From: an uncultured Oscillospiraceae bacterium
GTDB lineage: Bacteria; Bacillota; Clostridia; Oscillospirales; Oscillospiraceae
DNA: 64,000 bases
Assembly: GCA_910588105.1 (NCBI GenBank)
Contig: CAJUQD010000010.1
Coordinates: 1,607 to 65,606, forward strand
Reading direction: 5' to 3'
Shown: positions 44,831 through 54,330 of the stretch, in pieces
How positions within the stretch are numbered: the stretch's first letter is position 1
Layout of the letters: the number at the start of each line of letters is the position of its first letter
The notes under the pieces: generated by a model
What the model was told of the DNA's origin: nothing
What the model saw: only the letters and a program-made list of their open reading frames with translations
The model's database searches: none
Program-made: the position numbers and the translations under genes

Positions 44831-45292
44831 ATGATGCTGCACATATTTGATACGTCCGACTATGAGCGCTCCCTGCGCCGCCGCCGTCTGGCGGGCTTCG
44901 GCCTGCTGGCGGTGGGGCTGACGGGCCTTGTCTGCTACCTCCTGCTGATTCATGACAGCGATGTGCTGCCCGCCTTTGCCCGGGGCTTCTACCTGGGCGG
45001 CTCCAGCGGCATCGCCATCGGCTCGGTGTTCCTGCTGGTGCGGATGCAGTACCTGCTCACCCACCCGGCGACCCGGAAGAAGGCCAAGATCCAGGAGCAG
45101 GATGAGCGGGAGAAGGCCATCCTCAACCAGTCCTACCAATTCGCCGGGATGTTCACCTTCTTCGCCGCCGCATGCTCCATGTTCGTGCTGGTGGCGGTGA
45201 GCATGGAGGCCGCCCTGGCGGTGCTGGGGGTGGTGGCGGTGTACGCCGTTGTCTGGCTCATCGCTAACCTCTACCTGTCCAAAAAGCTGTGA
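44831..45292 (+). CDS. 4-TM membrane protein (DUF2178-like)
   Basis: DEREK motif between TM pairs; AAGGAGG RBS. Confidence 0.7.
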   Translation: MMLHIFDTSDYERSLRRRRLAGFGLLAVGLTGLVCYLLLIHDSDVLPAFARGFYLGGSSGIAIGSVFLLVRMQYLLTHPATRKKAKIQEQDEREKAILNQSYQFAGMFTFFAAACSMFVLVAVSMEAALAVLGVVAVYAVVWLIANLYLSKKL

Positions 45293-46197
45293 GCGTCCGG
45301 TATCTCACCTTAAACATCACCCCCGGGCTGGCGGGGCTGGAGGTGAATACCCTCCTGCGCCGCCGCTTGGGCTTGTCCGGCACAGTGCTGCGGCGGATCA
45401 AGTGGCTGGAGGACGGCATCACCTTGGACGGGGCGCGGGTAAACGTCCGCGTTCGGGCCAAAGAGGGGCAGACGCTGGCCGTCCGGTTGACGGACCCAGA
45501 GCTCACCTCCGGCGTGGCGCCCATCCCCGGCCCGCTGGACATCGTGTACGAGGACGGGGATCTAGCGGTGCTCAACAAGGCCCCCGGGGTGCTGGTCCAC
45601 CCCGGCCACGGCCACTTTGACGATACCCTGGGTAATTTTCTGATGTATCACTACAAAATCACCGGGGAGGAATCGGATTTCCACCCCGTCCACCGGCTGG
45701 ACAAGGGCACCTCCGGGCTGGTCGTCATAGCCAAGCATCCCCACGCCCAGGAGAAACTGAAAAAACAGCTCCACTCCGGGGCCTTCCGCCGGGTGTACCT
45801 GGCCGTCTGCGACGGCGCGCCCCCCGCCCTCTCCGGCATGATCAACGCCCCCATCGGCCAGACAGAGGGCTCTCTCATGGCCCGGGAGGTGCGCCCGGAC
45901 GGCCAACCCGCCCGCACCCGCTATAAAGTGGTGCGCCCCCTGGGATCCCGCACTCTTTTAGAGCTGGGGCTGGACACGGGCCGCACCCACCAGATCCGGG
46001 TCCACATGGCCTACATTGGCTGTCCCCTCACCGGGGATTTCCTGTACGGCAGGCCGGATCCTGCGCTGATTGCCCGCCCCGCCCTCCACTCAGCAGAGCT
46101 GGAGCTGGCCCACCCGGTCACCGGGGAGCGGCTGCGCTTCGCCGCCCCCCTGCCCGCCGATATGGCGGCGCTGATTCCAAAGGAGGATATTCCATGA
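45289..46197 (+). CDS. RluA-family pseudouridine synthase
   Basis: NKAPG..VHP, HRLDKGTSG, TGRTHQIRVH, GDFLYG. Confidence 0.93.
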   Translation: MSVRYLTLNITPGLAGLEVNTLLRRRLGLSGTVLRRIKWLEDGITLDGARVNVRVRAKEGQTLAVRLTDPELTSGVAPIPGPLDIVYEDGDLAVLNKAPGVLVHPGHGHFDDTLGNFLMYHYKITGEESDFHPVHRLDKGTSGLVVIAKHPHAQEKLKKQLHSGAFRRVYLAVCDGAPPALSGMINAPIGQTEGSLMAREVRPDGQPARTRYKVVRPLGSRTLLELGLDTGRTHQIRVHMAYIGCPLTGDFLYGRPDPALIARPALHSAELELAHPVTGERLRFAAPLPADMAALIPKEDIP

Positions 46198-46373
46198 AAA
46201 ATTTACAGCTTGCAAGCATTTTGACGCTGTTCCTGTCGGTGATGCTGTGGACGGCGGGGCGGGTCTTTTTCACCCTGCCTGACTGGGCGGTGCGGGTCAA
46301 CGGCGTTATCATGGTGATTACCATGGCGCTGCTGGTGTTTTCCACCGTCCGGCTTAAAATTAAGAATTCATGA
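46194..46373 (+). CDS. 59-aa two-TM membrane protein (absent from the ORF track)
   Basis: AAGGAGG RBS and ATGA overlap; MKNLQLASILTLFLSVMLWTAGRVFFTLPDWAVRVNGVIMVITMALLVFSTVRLKIKNS. Confidence 0.65.
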   Translation: MKNLQLASILTLFLSVMLWTAGRVFFTLPDWAVRVNGVIMVITMALLVFSTVRLKIKNS

Positions 46374-46449
46374 AAATGGCTGGTCTCATATTGACAGGTT
46401 TATACAGTTTATAATATAATATTATAAATTAAAACAAGGAGGGAGACCC

Positions 46450-46632
46450 ATGGCAAAAAACGACCGCTTTCAAGTCATCCACTCGGAGGGCAACGGCCTC
46501 ACCGGCCCTCAGCTTACGGTGCTGATGGACACCGCCACGGGGGTACAGTACCTGCTTGCCCAGTCCGGCTACGCGGGCGGGCTGTGCCCCCTGGTGGATC
46601 AAGAGGGCGGGCCCCTCAAGTGGGAAGTGTAA
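46450..46632 (+). CDS. 60-aa small protein (DUF6440-like), copy 1
   Basis: DRF...D..TGVQYL....GYAGGLCPLVD; own TTGACA/TATAAT promoter near 46391. Confidence 0.7.
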   Translation: MAKNDRFQVIHSEGNGLTGPQLTVLMDTATGVQYLLAQSGYAGGLCPLVDQEGGPLKWEV

Positions 46633-46837
46633 GTCCTTTTTCCCGCAGGCCCGTCCGGCAGCTGTACCGATTCTGCGCAGCGGCCCTATTGCGGAGGAAG
46701 TCCGGGGATTTCCCCGAACTTCCTCCATAACGTTAAGAATTCCTAAGGAAAGCGCAGGTTCTGTTGACATCTCAGCGCGATCAATTCATAATGTCCCTGG
46801 ATTCTTTGGATCAAAAGCTGAGAAAGGAAGAGTGAAC

Positions 46838-47020
46838 ATGTCGAAGAATGACCGCTTTCAAATCGTCCAGGAGGAGGGCAACGCCCTGACCTCGAACCAT
46901 CGCATGGTGCTGGCGGATGCCACCACCGGCGTGCAGTACCTGTTCGTAAAAGACGGCTACGCGGGCGGACTGTGCCCCCTGGTGGACCGGGACGGCAAGC
47001 CCCTGACTTGGGATAAGTAA
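46838..47020 (+). CDS. 60-aa small protein (DUF6440-like), copy 2
   Basis: MSKNDRFQ...TGVQYL...GYAGGLCPLVD; own promoter TTGACA(46764)-17 nt-CATAAT. Confidence 0.7.
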   Translation: MSKNDRFQIVQEEGNALTSNHRMVLADATTGVQYLFVKDGYAGGLCPLVDRDGKPLTWDK

Positions 47021-47038
47021 GAACTGCGGAACCGCGGG

Positions 47039-47203
47039 CTAGGCGCCGTCTGAAAATTGACAATTTGCCCAGCGGCAAGGAATTTTTTCGCCGAGCAAGG
47101 CGATTTGGCGCAGAAATACTTTGTGTATTTCAAGGCAAGCAACGCGGTTCGGCGGAAAAAGGCCCGCCGATTGGGCGTGCTGACAATTTTTAAACAAGCC
47201 CTA
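47039..47203. mobile_element. MITE-like repeat family C, about 165 bp
   Basis: Similar to the reverse complement of 53601-53764; imperfect terminal inverted repeats TAGG..T.T.AAAATT. Confidence 0.65.
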
Positions 47204-47531
47204 AATCAGCAAGAGCGATTTGCGAGAGGTTTTGCGCCAAAATGCGGCGCAATTTTGCAGGAATAATTGTGTTTATTTCAAGAAATTGCAACAAAATTCT
47301 GGTGCAAAATATCTGCAAAGCGCCGCAGGTGTATTTAATCAGTGCTTCCCTAAGACCAACGTGGAGCAAAAGCGGGGAGGCCCCACGGGGATCGGACAGC
47401 TTTTGTGGAATCGGAGGGCTTGGAACCGCGCCGCGAATAGGCGCAGCATGATCTGGAAACGCGGATAAGCGGACGGCGAGGACGCTTGGGCCGCAGCGGG
47501 GCCGGACGCAGGGGCGCATCGCGGGGCAAAC

Positions 47532-47563
47532 AAAAAAGTCCGGGAAACTTTCCCGGACTTTTT
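47532..47563. terminator. bidirectional terminator
   Basis: aaaaaagtccggga-aactt-tcccggacttttt. Confidence 0.8.
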
Positions 47564-47599
47564 ATTCTGTGGAAACAGCCACGACCCTGCCGGGTTTTA

Positions 47600-48370
47600 T
47601 CAGCATAGGGACACCCCAGCCCCAATCAGGCCCACTGCGGTGAGCTCCAGCATGGTTGGAAAGGCCCATTCCATTGGGGTAGAGGACACATCAAAATAAA
47701 CGAACATACTTGAGATTTTCAGCGCCATCATCAGCGCGCACAGGCTGAGGACATACACCGCCCGCCACCGGCGGTCAACGGCGCGGGCGTTCACCAGCCC
47801 CGCCACACCCGCTGCCGCCAGCAGCGCGGCAACGCCTTTGAAGAACAGCGCATTGAGTTCCCCGGCATACATCCCCGCCAAAATGGGACCGTCGCCGGTG
47901 AAGGGCATATGGACAGGCCCGCACAGCATCCACCACATAATTCCCATCGTTATCACCAATATTGCCAGCATAACGGCAGCCGGCTTTGGCAAGGGCGGGT
48001 TTTTATCCCCCTTCCGCCGCCGGAACCAAAGCAGGGGCACAACCACCCCCACCGCCAGAAAGACACGGTACAACGGGAAGCCGGTGGAGAACAGGCTTTT
48101 CCAAACGACGCGCAATGCTTCCAACCCAAATTTTTTGGAACTCAGCACGGGAATCACGGCGCAGGCGGCCAAAACGACGAACACACCCAGCCAAACGCAA
48201 TAGGATTGGGGCCGGACAAATTTCTTTGCCGCTTTCTGCGGCCGCTCCGCACCGGCGAAAGACGGCGCCCCCGCCTTATCCCCATAGTCAGCGACAACGT
48301 TCTCCGCCTCCCCCTGGGGCAAGTACCAATGGGCCCACCAGGACAGCCGCGCCATATCGTTTTTTCCCAT
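47600..48370 (-). CDS. multi-pass membrane protein, unknown function
   Basis: 256 aa with about 6 hydrophobic segments; lower GC than the core genes; GGGAG RBS. Confidence 0.65.
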   Translation of the reverse strand: MGKNDMARLSWWAHWYLPQGEAENVVADYGDKAGAPSFAGAERPQKAAKKFVRPQSYCVWLGVFVVLAACAVIPVLSSKKFGLEALRVVWKSLFSTGFPLYRVFLAVGVVVPLLWFRRRKGDKNPPLPKPAAVMLAILVITMGIMWWMLCGPVHMPFTGDGPILAGMYAGELNALFFKGVAALLAAAGVAGLVNARAVDRRWRAVYVLSLCALMMALKISSMFVYFDVSSTPMEWAFPTMLELTAVGLIGAGVSLC

Positions 48371-48714
48371 AGAAAACTCCCTCCCTGTATCCAGTGTTGA
48401 AAAAACACCGCCAGCAATACGGCATCCGTTATTCTACCGCAAAAAGGCAATTACGCTATCAATGGTGTAATGCGGGATATAAAAGGGATGGGGCTCAAAA
48501 TCACTTCTCTTTCAATATTATTGTACCACAGCCCCTGTAAAAGTCAACACATAATATTTTTTGCGTCGCCCCTAATTTGTCCAAAAAGGCGGGGCGCCCC
48601 GGCGGCTGCGCCCCCCAGGCGCATAAATTCCCCTTCCCTTTTCCACGGAAATCGGGTATAATACTGCCAGCCGCCCCTGCGGCCGGCAGTATTTTTTACC
48701 CGAGGTGACCAGCC

Positions 48715-49302
48715 ATGGCCCGAAACGACATAAACCGCCCCACCATGAAGATCTCCTACAACGCCCCGGTGGCCCTCACCTTCGCCCTGCTGTCCCTGCT
48801 GGCGCTGGCAGCCAACTACTTCACCGGCGGCTGGGCCAACGCCCGCCTGTTCTCCGTCTACCAGTGCTCCCTGGCCGACCCCCTGGCCTGGCTGCGCTTC
48901 TTCGGCCACGTGCTGGGCCACAGCGGCTACGCCCACTACATCGGCAACATGGTGCTCATACTGGTCCTGGGGCCCAATCTGGAGGACCGCTTCGGCAGCT
49001 GGAACGTGCTGTGGGCCATTTTGTTCACCGCCCTGGTGTCCGGGCTGGTGCAGTTCCTCTTCTTCCCCAGCACCGCCCTGCTGGGGGCGTCAGGCATCGT
49101 GTTCATGATGATCCTGCTCTCCTCCTTCGGGGGCGTGCGCAACGGCACCATCCCCACCACCCTGATCCTGGTGGCCATCTTCTACCTGGGCGGGGAGCTG
49201 TGGGACGCCATCTTCGTCAAGGACAACATCTCCCAGCTCACCCACATCATCGGCGGGCTGTGCGGGACGGTGCTGGGCTTCGCCCTGTCTGGGAAGCGGT
49301 AG
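48715..49302 (+). CDS. rhomboid-family intramembrane serine protease
   Basis: H..GH....HYIGNM, GASG catalytic Ser, H..GG..G. Confidence 0.88.
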   Translation: MARNDINRPTMKISYNAPVALTFALLSLLALAANYFTGGWANARLFSVYQCSLADPLAWLRFFGHVLGHSGYAHYIGNMVLILVLGPNLEDRFGSWNVLWAILFTALVSGLVQFLFFPSTALLGASGIVFMMILLSSFGGVRNGTIPTTLILVAIFYLGGELWDAIFVKDNISQLTHIIGGLCGTVLGFALSGKR

Positions 49303-49350
49303 TCCCGGCCCCCTCCCATCCAGGAGGGGGCTTTTTTCGCGCCTGTAAAC

Positions 49351-49422
49351 AATATGTGAACAACATATATTTTTCTTGACAGGCAGGGTTGCCCGCGCTA
49401 ATATATGTGAAGCAAATATATT
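49351..49422 (+). promoter_or_regulatory. marR promoter with two AT-rich palindromic operators
   Basis: aatatgtgaacaacatatatt and aatatatgtgaagcaaatatatt flank a TTGACA at about 49376. Confidence 0.6.
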
Positions 49423-49435
49423 TGGAGGTGTTCCC

Positions 49436-49894
49436 GTGAGCGAGGCTGACCGGATTTCGTTGCTCACCGTATTTCAAACCCTGAAAACCAAAACCGCCCG
49501 TCTGCTGGAGCCTATCGTTCAGGCAGAGGGACTCACCCCCCTCCAGGCTTCCGTACTGCTCCAGCTGGTCCAAAAGGACGCCGCTGTGGGCGACATCAGC
49601 GAGGTCACCTGTATGGGCCAGGCCAACGCCTCCTCCCTGTGCAAAAAGCTGGAGCAGGGCGGCTACCTCACCCGGAGCAGGGACCGGGCCGACGGCCGGG
49701 TAGTCACCCTCTCCCTTACCCCCGAGGGGCGGGCGGCGGCGGGGCGCATCCAAGCAAAGCTGAACCAGTTTCTGGAGCTCATCAACGCCCTCCCGGCGGA
49801 ACTGCGCGGCGACCTGATGCGCGGTCTTCAGGCCGCCACCCAAATGCTGGACTACCTATTTGACCAAACCAAAGGAGACCAAAAATCATGCTGA
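49436..49894 (+). CDS. MarR-family transcriptional regulator
   Basis: GLTPLQASVL, LEQGGYLTR...DGRVV.L.LTPEG; GTG after GGAGG. Confidence 0.88.
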   Translation: MSEADRISLLTVFQTLKTKTARLLEPIVQAEGLTPLQASVLLQLVQKDAAVGDISEVTCMGQANASSLCKKLEQGGYLTRSRDRADGRVVTLSLTPEGRAAAGRIQAKLNQFLELINALPAELRGDLMRGLQAATQMLDYLFDQTKGDQKSC

Positions 49895-52800
49895 AACTTG
49901 TTGGCATTACGAAACAGTACACCCTGGGGGGCAATACCATCGACGCCCTGCGGGGGGTGGATCTGGAGTTCCGGGAAAACGAGTTCGTGTCTATCCTGGG
50001 CCCCTCCGGCTGCGGCAAGACCACCACGCTGAACATCATCGGCGGGCTGGACCGCTACACCAGCGGCGACCTCATCATCAACGGCCGCTCCACCAAGGAC
50101 TACAAGGACGGGGACTGGGACGCCTACCGCAACCACTCCATCGGCTTCGTGTTCCAGAGCTACAACCTGATTTCCCACCAGAGCGTGCTGGCCAACGTGG
50201 AGCTGGCGCTCACCCTGGCGGGCGTGTCCAAGAAGGAGCGCCGCCGCCGGGCGGTGGAGGCGCTGGAACAGGTGGGGCTGGGGGACCAGCTGAACAAGGT
50301 GCCGTCGCAAATGTCCGGCGGGCAGATGCAGCGGGTGGCCATCGCCCGGGCCCTCATCAACGACCCGGACATCCTCCTGGCCGACGAGCCCACCGGCGCG
50401 CTGGACAGCGAGACCAGCGTGCAGGTGATGGAGCTTTTGAAGGAGGTGGCCCGGGACCGGCTGGTCATCATGGTCACCCATAACCCGGAGCTGGCCCAGC
50501 AGTACTCCACCCGCATCGTCACTTTGAAGGACGGCAGGGTCACCGGCGACTCCAACCCCTACCATTCCCAGGAGCAGGCCCCCGTCCTCACCGGGAAGCA
50601 GGCCAGGGCGGAGAAAAAGCCCTCCATGTCCTTCCTCACCGCCCTGTCCCTGTCGCTGACCAACCTGCGCACCAAAATGGGCCGCACGGTGCTCACCGCC
50701 TTCGCCGGCTCCATCGGCATCATCGGCATCGCCCTCATCCTGGCCCTGTCCGCCGGCATCAACGACTATATCAACCAGGTGCAGGAGGACACCCTGTCCA
50801 GCTACCCCCTCACCATCCAGGCGGAGAGCACCGACATGACCGCCATGATGGCCTCCCTCATGGGGGCGCGGCACAGCCAGACCGGGGGCGGGGAGGGCGG
50901 CGCCAATCCCGACCCTGACCGGGTGTACGCCTCCACCGTCATGTACGACATGATGGACTCCATGCTCAACGCCGAGGTGGAGACCAACAACCTGGTGGCC
51001 TTCAAGGAGTACCTGGACAACGGGGGCGGCGGCATCAAGGACATGGCCAACATCCACTACAGCTATGACTTTGACTTCGACATCTACACCCAGGACGAAA
51101 ACGGGGACATCATCAAATCCGACGTGATGGCCCTGATGCAGGACGCCATGGCCGCCATGTACGGCGGGGACTACTCGTCCTACTTTGAGCAGATGGGCTC
51201 CATGTACTCCGCCATGGACGTGTGGGAGGAGCTGCTCCCCGGCGAGGACGGCCAGCTCATCGCCCCCCAGGTGCAGGCCGACTATGAGCTGCTGTACGGC
51301 GGCTGGCCGGAGGACTACGACGAGGTCATTTTGTTTGTGGACGGAAACAACGAGATCTCCGATTTGATGCTCTACGCCCTGGGCCTGATGCCCCACGACG
51401 ACATGGAGGAGGCCATGGTGTCCATGTCCAAGGGGGAGACGGTGGAGATCGGTGAGATGAGCTGGGGCTACGAGGAGCTGTGCAGTCTGGGCTTCAAGCT
51501 CATCCTCCCGGCGGAGTACTACCAGCACGACCCGGCCACGGACACCTACACCGACATGTCCGCCACCGAGGCGGGGATGGATTTCCTCTACAACAGCGAG
51601 GACACCGGCATCCGCCTGAAGGTTTCCGGCATTGCCCGGCCCCTGGAGGGAGGGAACGGGATGCTGTCCGGCGGCATCGGCTACACCAGCGCCCTCACCC
51701 GCTTCGCCATCGAGACCACCGGGGAAACCGAAATTCTGAAGACCCAGCTGGACGACCCGGACACCGACGTGATCGTCAACCTGCCCTTCCCCAAGGACGA
51801 CGACGTGGAGCCCACCGAGGAGGAGAAGGCCGAGGCCGTCACGGAACATTTGAGTACGCTGACCGCCCAGGAGAAAGCGGCGGCCTATGTGGACGTGATG
51901 GGCCAGCCCTCCCAGGAGTATGTGGATATGGTGGTGGAGCAGCAGATGGCGGGCCTCACCCGGCAGGCCATCGAGGACATGATCGTGGAGCAGTACGCGG
52001 ACGAGATGGGGGTAGACGGGGATACCGTCCGGGGCTACATCGCCGACATGGACGATGACGAGCTGTTCTCCAAGGTGGAGGAAGCCATCGCCCAGTCCGT
52101 TCGGGAGCAGTATGCCCAGGGGATCCAGGACCAGCTGGGGGCCATGAGCCAGGACCAGCTGGCCGCCATGCTGGACGCGGCGGCGGATTCGGACGCCTCC
52201 CCCCTCCCCATGCCGGTGGAGCCGCTGGAGCCGTGGCAGTTTGTCTACCTCTACGACCACTATATGCCCCCCACCCGGTCCTCCTCCACCTATGAGGACA
52301 ACCTGGACCTGCTGGGCTATACCCGGCTGGACTCCCCCTCCGCCATCAGCATCTACGCCACCACCTTCGCCCAGAAGGACGAGATCGCCGACCTGATCCA
52401 GGCCTACAACGACGGCGTGGACAACGAGGAGGACGAGATCACCTACACCGACTATGTGGCATTGCTCATGAGCTCCATCACCGGCATCATCAGCGGCATC
52501 AGCTACCTGCTCATCGCTTTTGTGTCTATCTCCCTGGTGGTGTCGTCCATCATGATCGGCATCATCACCAACATCTCCGTGCTGGAGCGCACCAAGGAGA
52601 TCGGCATTCTCCGGGCCGTGGGCGCGTCCAAGCGGGACGTGTCCCGGGTGTTCAACGCCGAGACCCTCATTGTGGGGCTGGCGGCGGGGGTGCTGGGCAT
52701 CCTGGTGAGCGTGGCGGCCACCTTCCCCATCAACGCCATCATCCACAACCTGACGGGGCTGGACGACCTCACCGCCGTGCTGCCCGCCGGGGCGGGGGCC

Positions 52801-52902
52801 ATCCTGGTGTGCATCAGCGTGGCACTCACCGTGTTCGCGGGGCTGATGCCCTCCCGTGGCGCGGCCAAGAAGGACCCGGTGGAGGCGCTGAGGAGCGAGT
52901 AA
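49888..52902 (+). CDS. fused ABC ATPase/permease (MacB/FtsX-like)
   Basis: GPSGCGKT, MSGGQ, LLADEP, VTH; C-terminal SVLERTKEIGILRAVGA...DPVEALR. Confidence 0.92.
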   Translation: MLKLVGITKQYTLGGNTIDALRGVDLEFRENEFVSILGPSGCGKTTTLNIIGGLDRYTSGDLIINGRSTKDYKDGDWDAYRNHSIGFVFQSYNLISHQSVLANVELALTLAGVSKKERRRRAVEALEQVGLGDQLNKVPSQMSGGQMQRVAIARALINDPDILLADEPTGALDSETSVQVMELLKEVARDRLVIMVTHNPELAQQYSTRIVTLKDGRVTGDSNPYHSQEQAPVLTGKQARAEKKPSMSFLTALSLSLTNLRTKMGRTVLTAFAGSIGIIGIALILALSAGINDYINQVQEDTLSSYPLTIQAESTDMTAMMASLMGARHSQTGGGEGGANPDPDRVYASTVMYDMMDSMLNAEVETNNLVAFKEYLDNGGGGIKDMANIHYSYDFDFDIYTQDENGDIIKSDVMALMQDAMAAMYGGDYSSYFEQMGSMYSAMDVWEELLPGEDGQLIAPQVQADYELLYGGWPEDYDEVILFVDGNNEISDLMLYALGLMPHDDMEEAMVSMSKGETVEIGEMSWGYEELCSLGFKLILPAEYYQHDPATDTYTDMSATEAGMDFLYNSEDTGIRLKVSGIARPLEGGNGMLSGGIGYTSALTRFAIETTGETEILKTQLDDPDTDVIVNLPFPKDDDVEPTEEEKAEAVTEHLSTLTAQEKAAAYVDVMGQPSQEYVDMVVEQQMAGLTRQAIEDMIVEQYADEMGVDGDTVRGYIADMDDDELFSKVEEAIAQSVREQYAQGIQDQLGAMSQDQLAAMLDAAADSDASPLPMPVEPLEPWQFVYLYDHYMPPTRSSSTYEDNLDLLGYTRLDSPSAISIYATTFAQKDEIADLIQAYNDGVDNEEDEITYTDYVALLMSSITGIISGISYLLIAFVSISLVVSSIMIGIITNISVLERTKEIGILRAVGASKRDVSRVFNAETLIVGLAAGVLGILVSVAATFPINAIIHNLTGLDDLTAVLPAGAGAILVCISVALTVFAGLMPSRGAAKKDPVEALRSE

Positions 52903-53033
52903 AGAAGCGTGAGGGCAGGCGCATAGGGGGCTTGGAGCGAAGCGGGGAAAAAGCCCCGCCGCGCCGCGCGGGGCTGGTCTTGCCCGAGACAGAGCGAAAG
53001 CGACCCGGCCATGCGCCCAACCCGAGCGTGACA
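52903..53033. repeat. family A repeat copy (reverse orientation)
   Basis: Reverse complement reads tgtcacgctcgg..gtcgctttc.ctc.gtctcgggcaa..cgctccaagc..cgcttct; starts right after the ABC stop. Confidence 0.75.
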
Positions 53034-53071
53034 ATAGCGGCAGTCAAAGAGACACCAGGAGGGCAAGAACC

Positions 53072-53512
53072 ATGGAGCTGATTGTCAAGCATTTTTCCCA
53101 GCTCACCCGGGACGAGCTGTTTGAGATCTACAAGCTGCGGGTGGCGGTGTTCATCGTGGAGCAGCAGTGCGCCTACCCGGAGGTGGACGAGTACGACCCT
53201 GCCGCCTACCACCTGTGGCTGCACGATGAAGATGGCATCCAGGCCTACCTGCGCCTGCTGCCCCCCCACACCACCTTCGACACCGTGTCTATCGGCCGGG
53301 TCATCGCGGTGAAGCGCCGCCAAGGCCTGGGTGGGCGTATCGTGGCCGAGGGCATCCGCGCCGCCCAGGAGAAATTCGGGGCGGACACCATCACCATTGA
53401 GGCCCAGACCTACGCCAGGGAACTCTACGAGAAGGCGGGCTTCGTCCAGACCTCCCAGGAATTTCTGGAGGACGGCATCCCCCACATCCGAATGGTGTGG
53501 AACAAGCCGTGA
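53072..53512 (+). CDS. ElaA-like GNAT acetyltransferase
   Basis: LRVAVFIVEQQCAYPEVD, IGRV, AQTYA..LYEKAGF, FLEDGIPH. Confidence 0.9.
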   Translation: MELIVKHFSQLTRDELFEIYKLRVAVFIVEQQCAYPEVDEYDPAAYHLWLHDEDGIQAYLRLLPPHTTFDTVSIGRVIAVKRRQGLGGRIVAEGIRAAQEKFGADTITIEAQTYARELYEKAGFVQTSQEFLEDGIPHIRMVWNKP

Positions 53513-53600
53513 ACTGAAGCAGAGGGCGGCTGCCGCTGGCAGCCGCCCTTTCCCCTTGCGTTTTTTGAGCGTTGTGATATAATTGATCGGACATTGAGCC

Positions 53601-53764
53601 AGGGCTTGTTAAAAATCGCCAACATGCCCAAGCGGCGTGTCTTTTCCTGCCATACGGCGTTGATTTGACTTGAAATACACAAAGTATTTCTGCGCCAAGC
53701 CGCCTTGCCTGGCGAAAAAATCCCTCGCCGCTGGGCACATCACCAATTTTCAAACAGCACCTAG
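53601..53764. mobile_element. MITE-like repeat family C, second copy
   Basis: Core cttgaaatacacaaagtatttctgcgccaa is the exact reverse complement of the sequence near 47105-47135. Confidence 0.65.
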
Positions 53765-53779
53765 ATTGGAGAAATTCCC

Positions 53780-54193
53780 ATGGATTACTTTCACCTGTCC
53801 GCGCCGCAGGACACCGTGGAGCGCCTCAGCACCCTGGGGCTGGCCCACCTGGGCGACGGGGTGTACGAGCTGATGGTGCGCTCCTGGCTGTGCCTCCACG
53901 GCAAGGCCACCAACACCGGGCTTCACAAGGCGGCGGTCAAGTACGTGTCCGCCCCCGCCCAGGCCAAATTGGTACACGCCATCCTGCCCCTTTTGAGCGG
54001 GGAAGAGCAAGCCGTCTACCGCCGGGGGCGCAACAGCCACACCGCCGCCGTCCCCCGAGGGTCCAGCGTAGGCGAGTACCACGCCGCCACGGCGCTGGAG
54101 TCCCTGTTCGGCTGGCTGTACCTGCAAGGGAAAACGGAGCGCCTGAACGAATTGTTTGAAGCCATGATGGAGGAGGCCGCCCATGCCTTTTGA
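53780..54193 (+). CDS. mrnC: mini-ribonuclease III
   Basis: LAHLGDGVYEL, VSAPAQA, RRGRN, YHAATALESLFGWLYL. Confidence 0.88.
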   Translation: MDYFHLSAPQDTVERLSTLGLAHLGDGVYELMVRSWLCLHGKATNTGLHKAAVKYVSAPAQAKLVHAILPLLSGEEQAVYRRGRNSHTAAVPRGSSVGEYHAATALESLFGWLYLQGKTERLNELFEAMMEEAAHAF

Positions 54194-54306
54194 CTCGCCG
54201 GCGCAAAGTCCGCTCTGCTCACAGCACCCTTGCGGCCGCTCCTCACGCCGCTCCCTTGCGCCTCCTCTCCCCACAAAGCCAGAGGACGGCTTTGCGGGGG
54301 CCCCAT
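54194..54306. repeat. family B repeat
   Basis: gcaaagtccgctc.gctca...ctcctctccccacaaagcc...ggctttgcgg; also at 35930-35996 and reversed at 59955-60105. Confidence 0.7.
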
Positions 54307-54330
54307 ATTTGTTTGGGAGGAACCATAATT

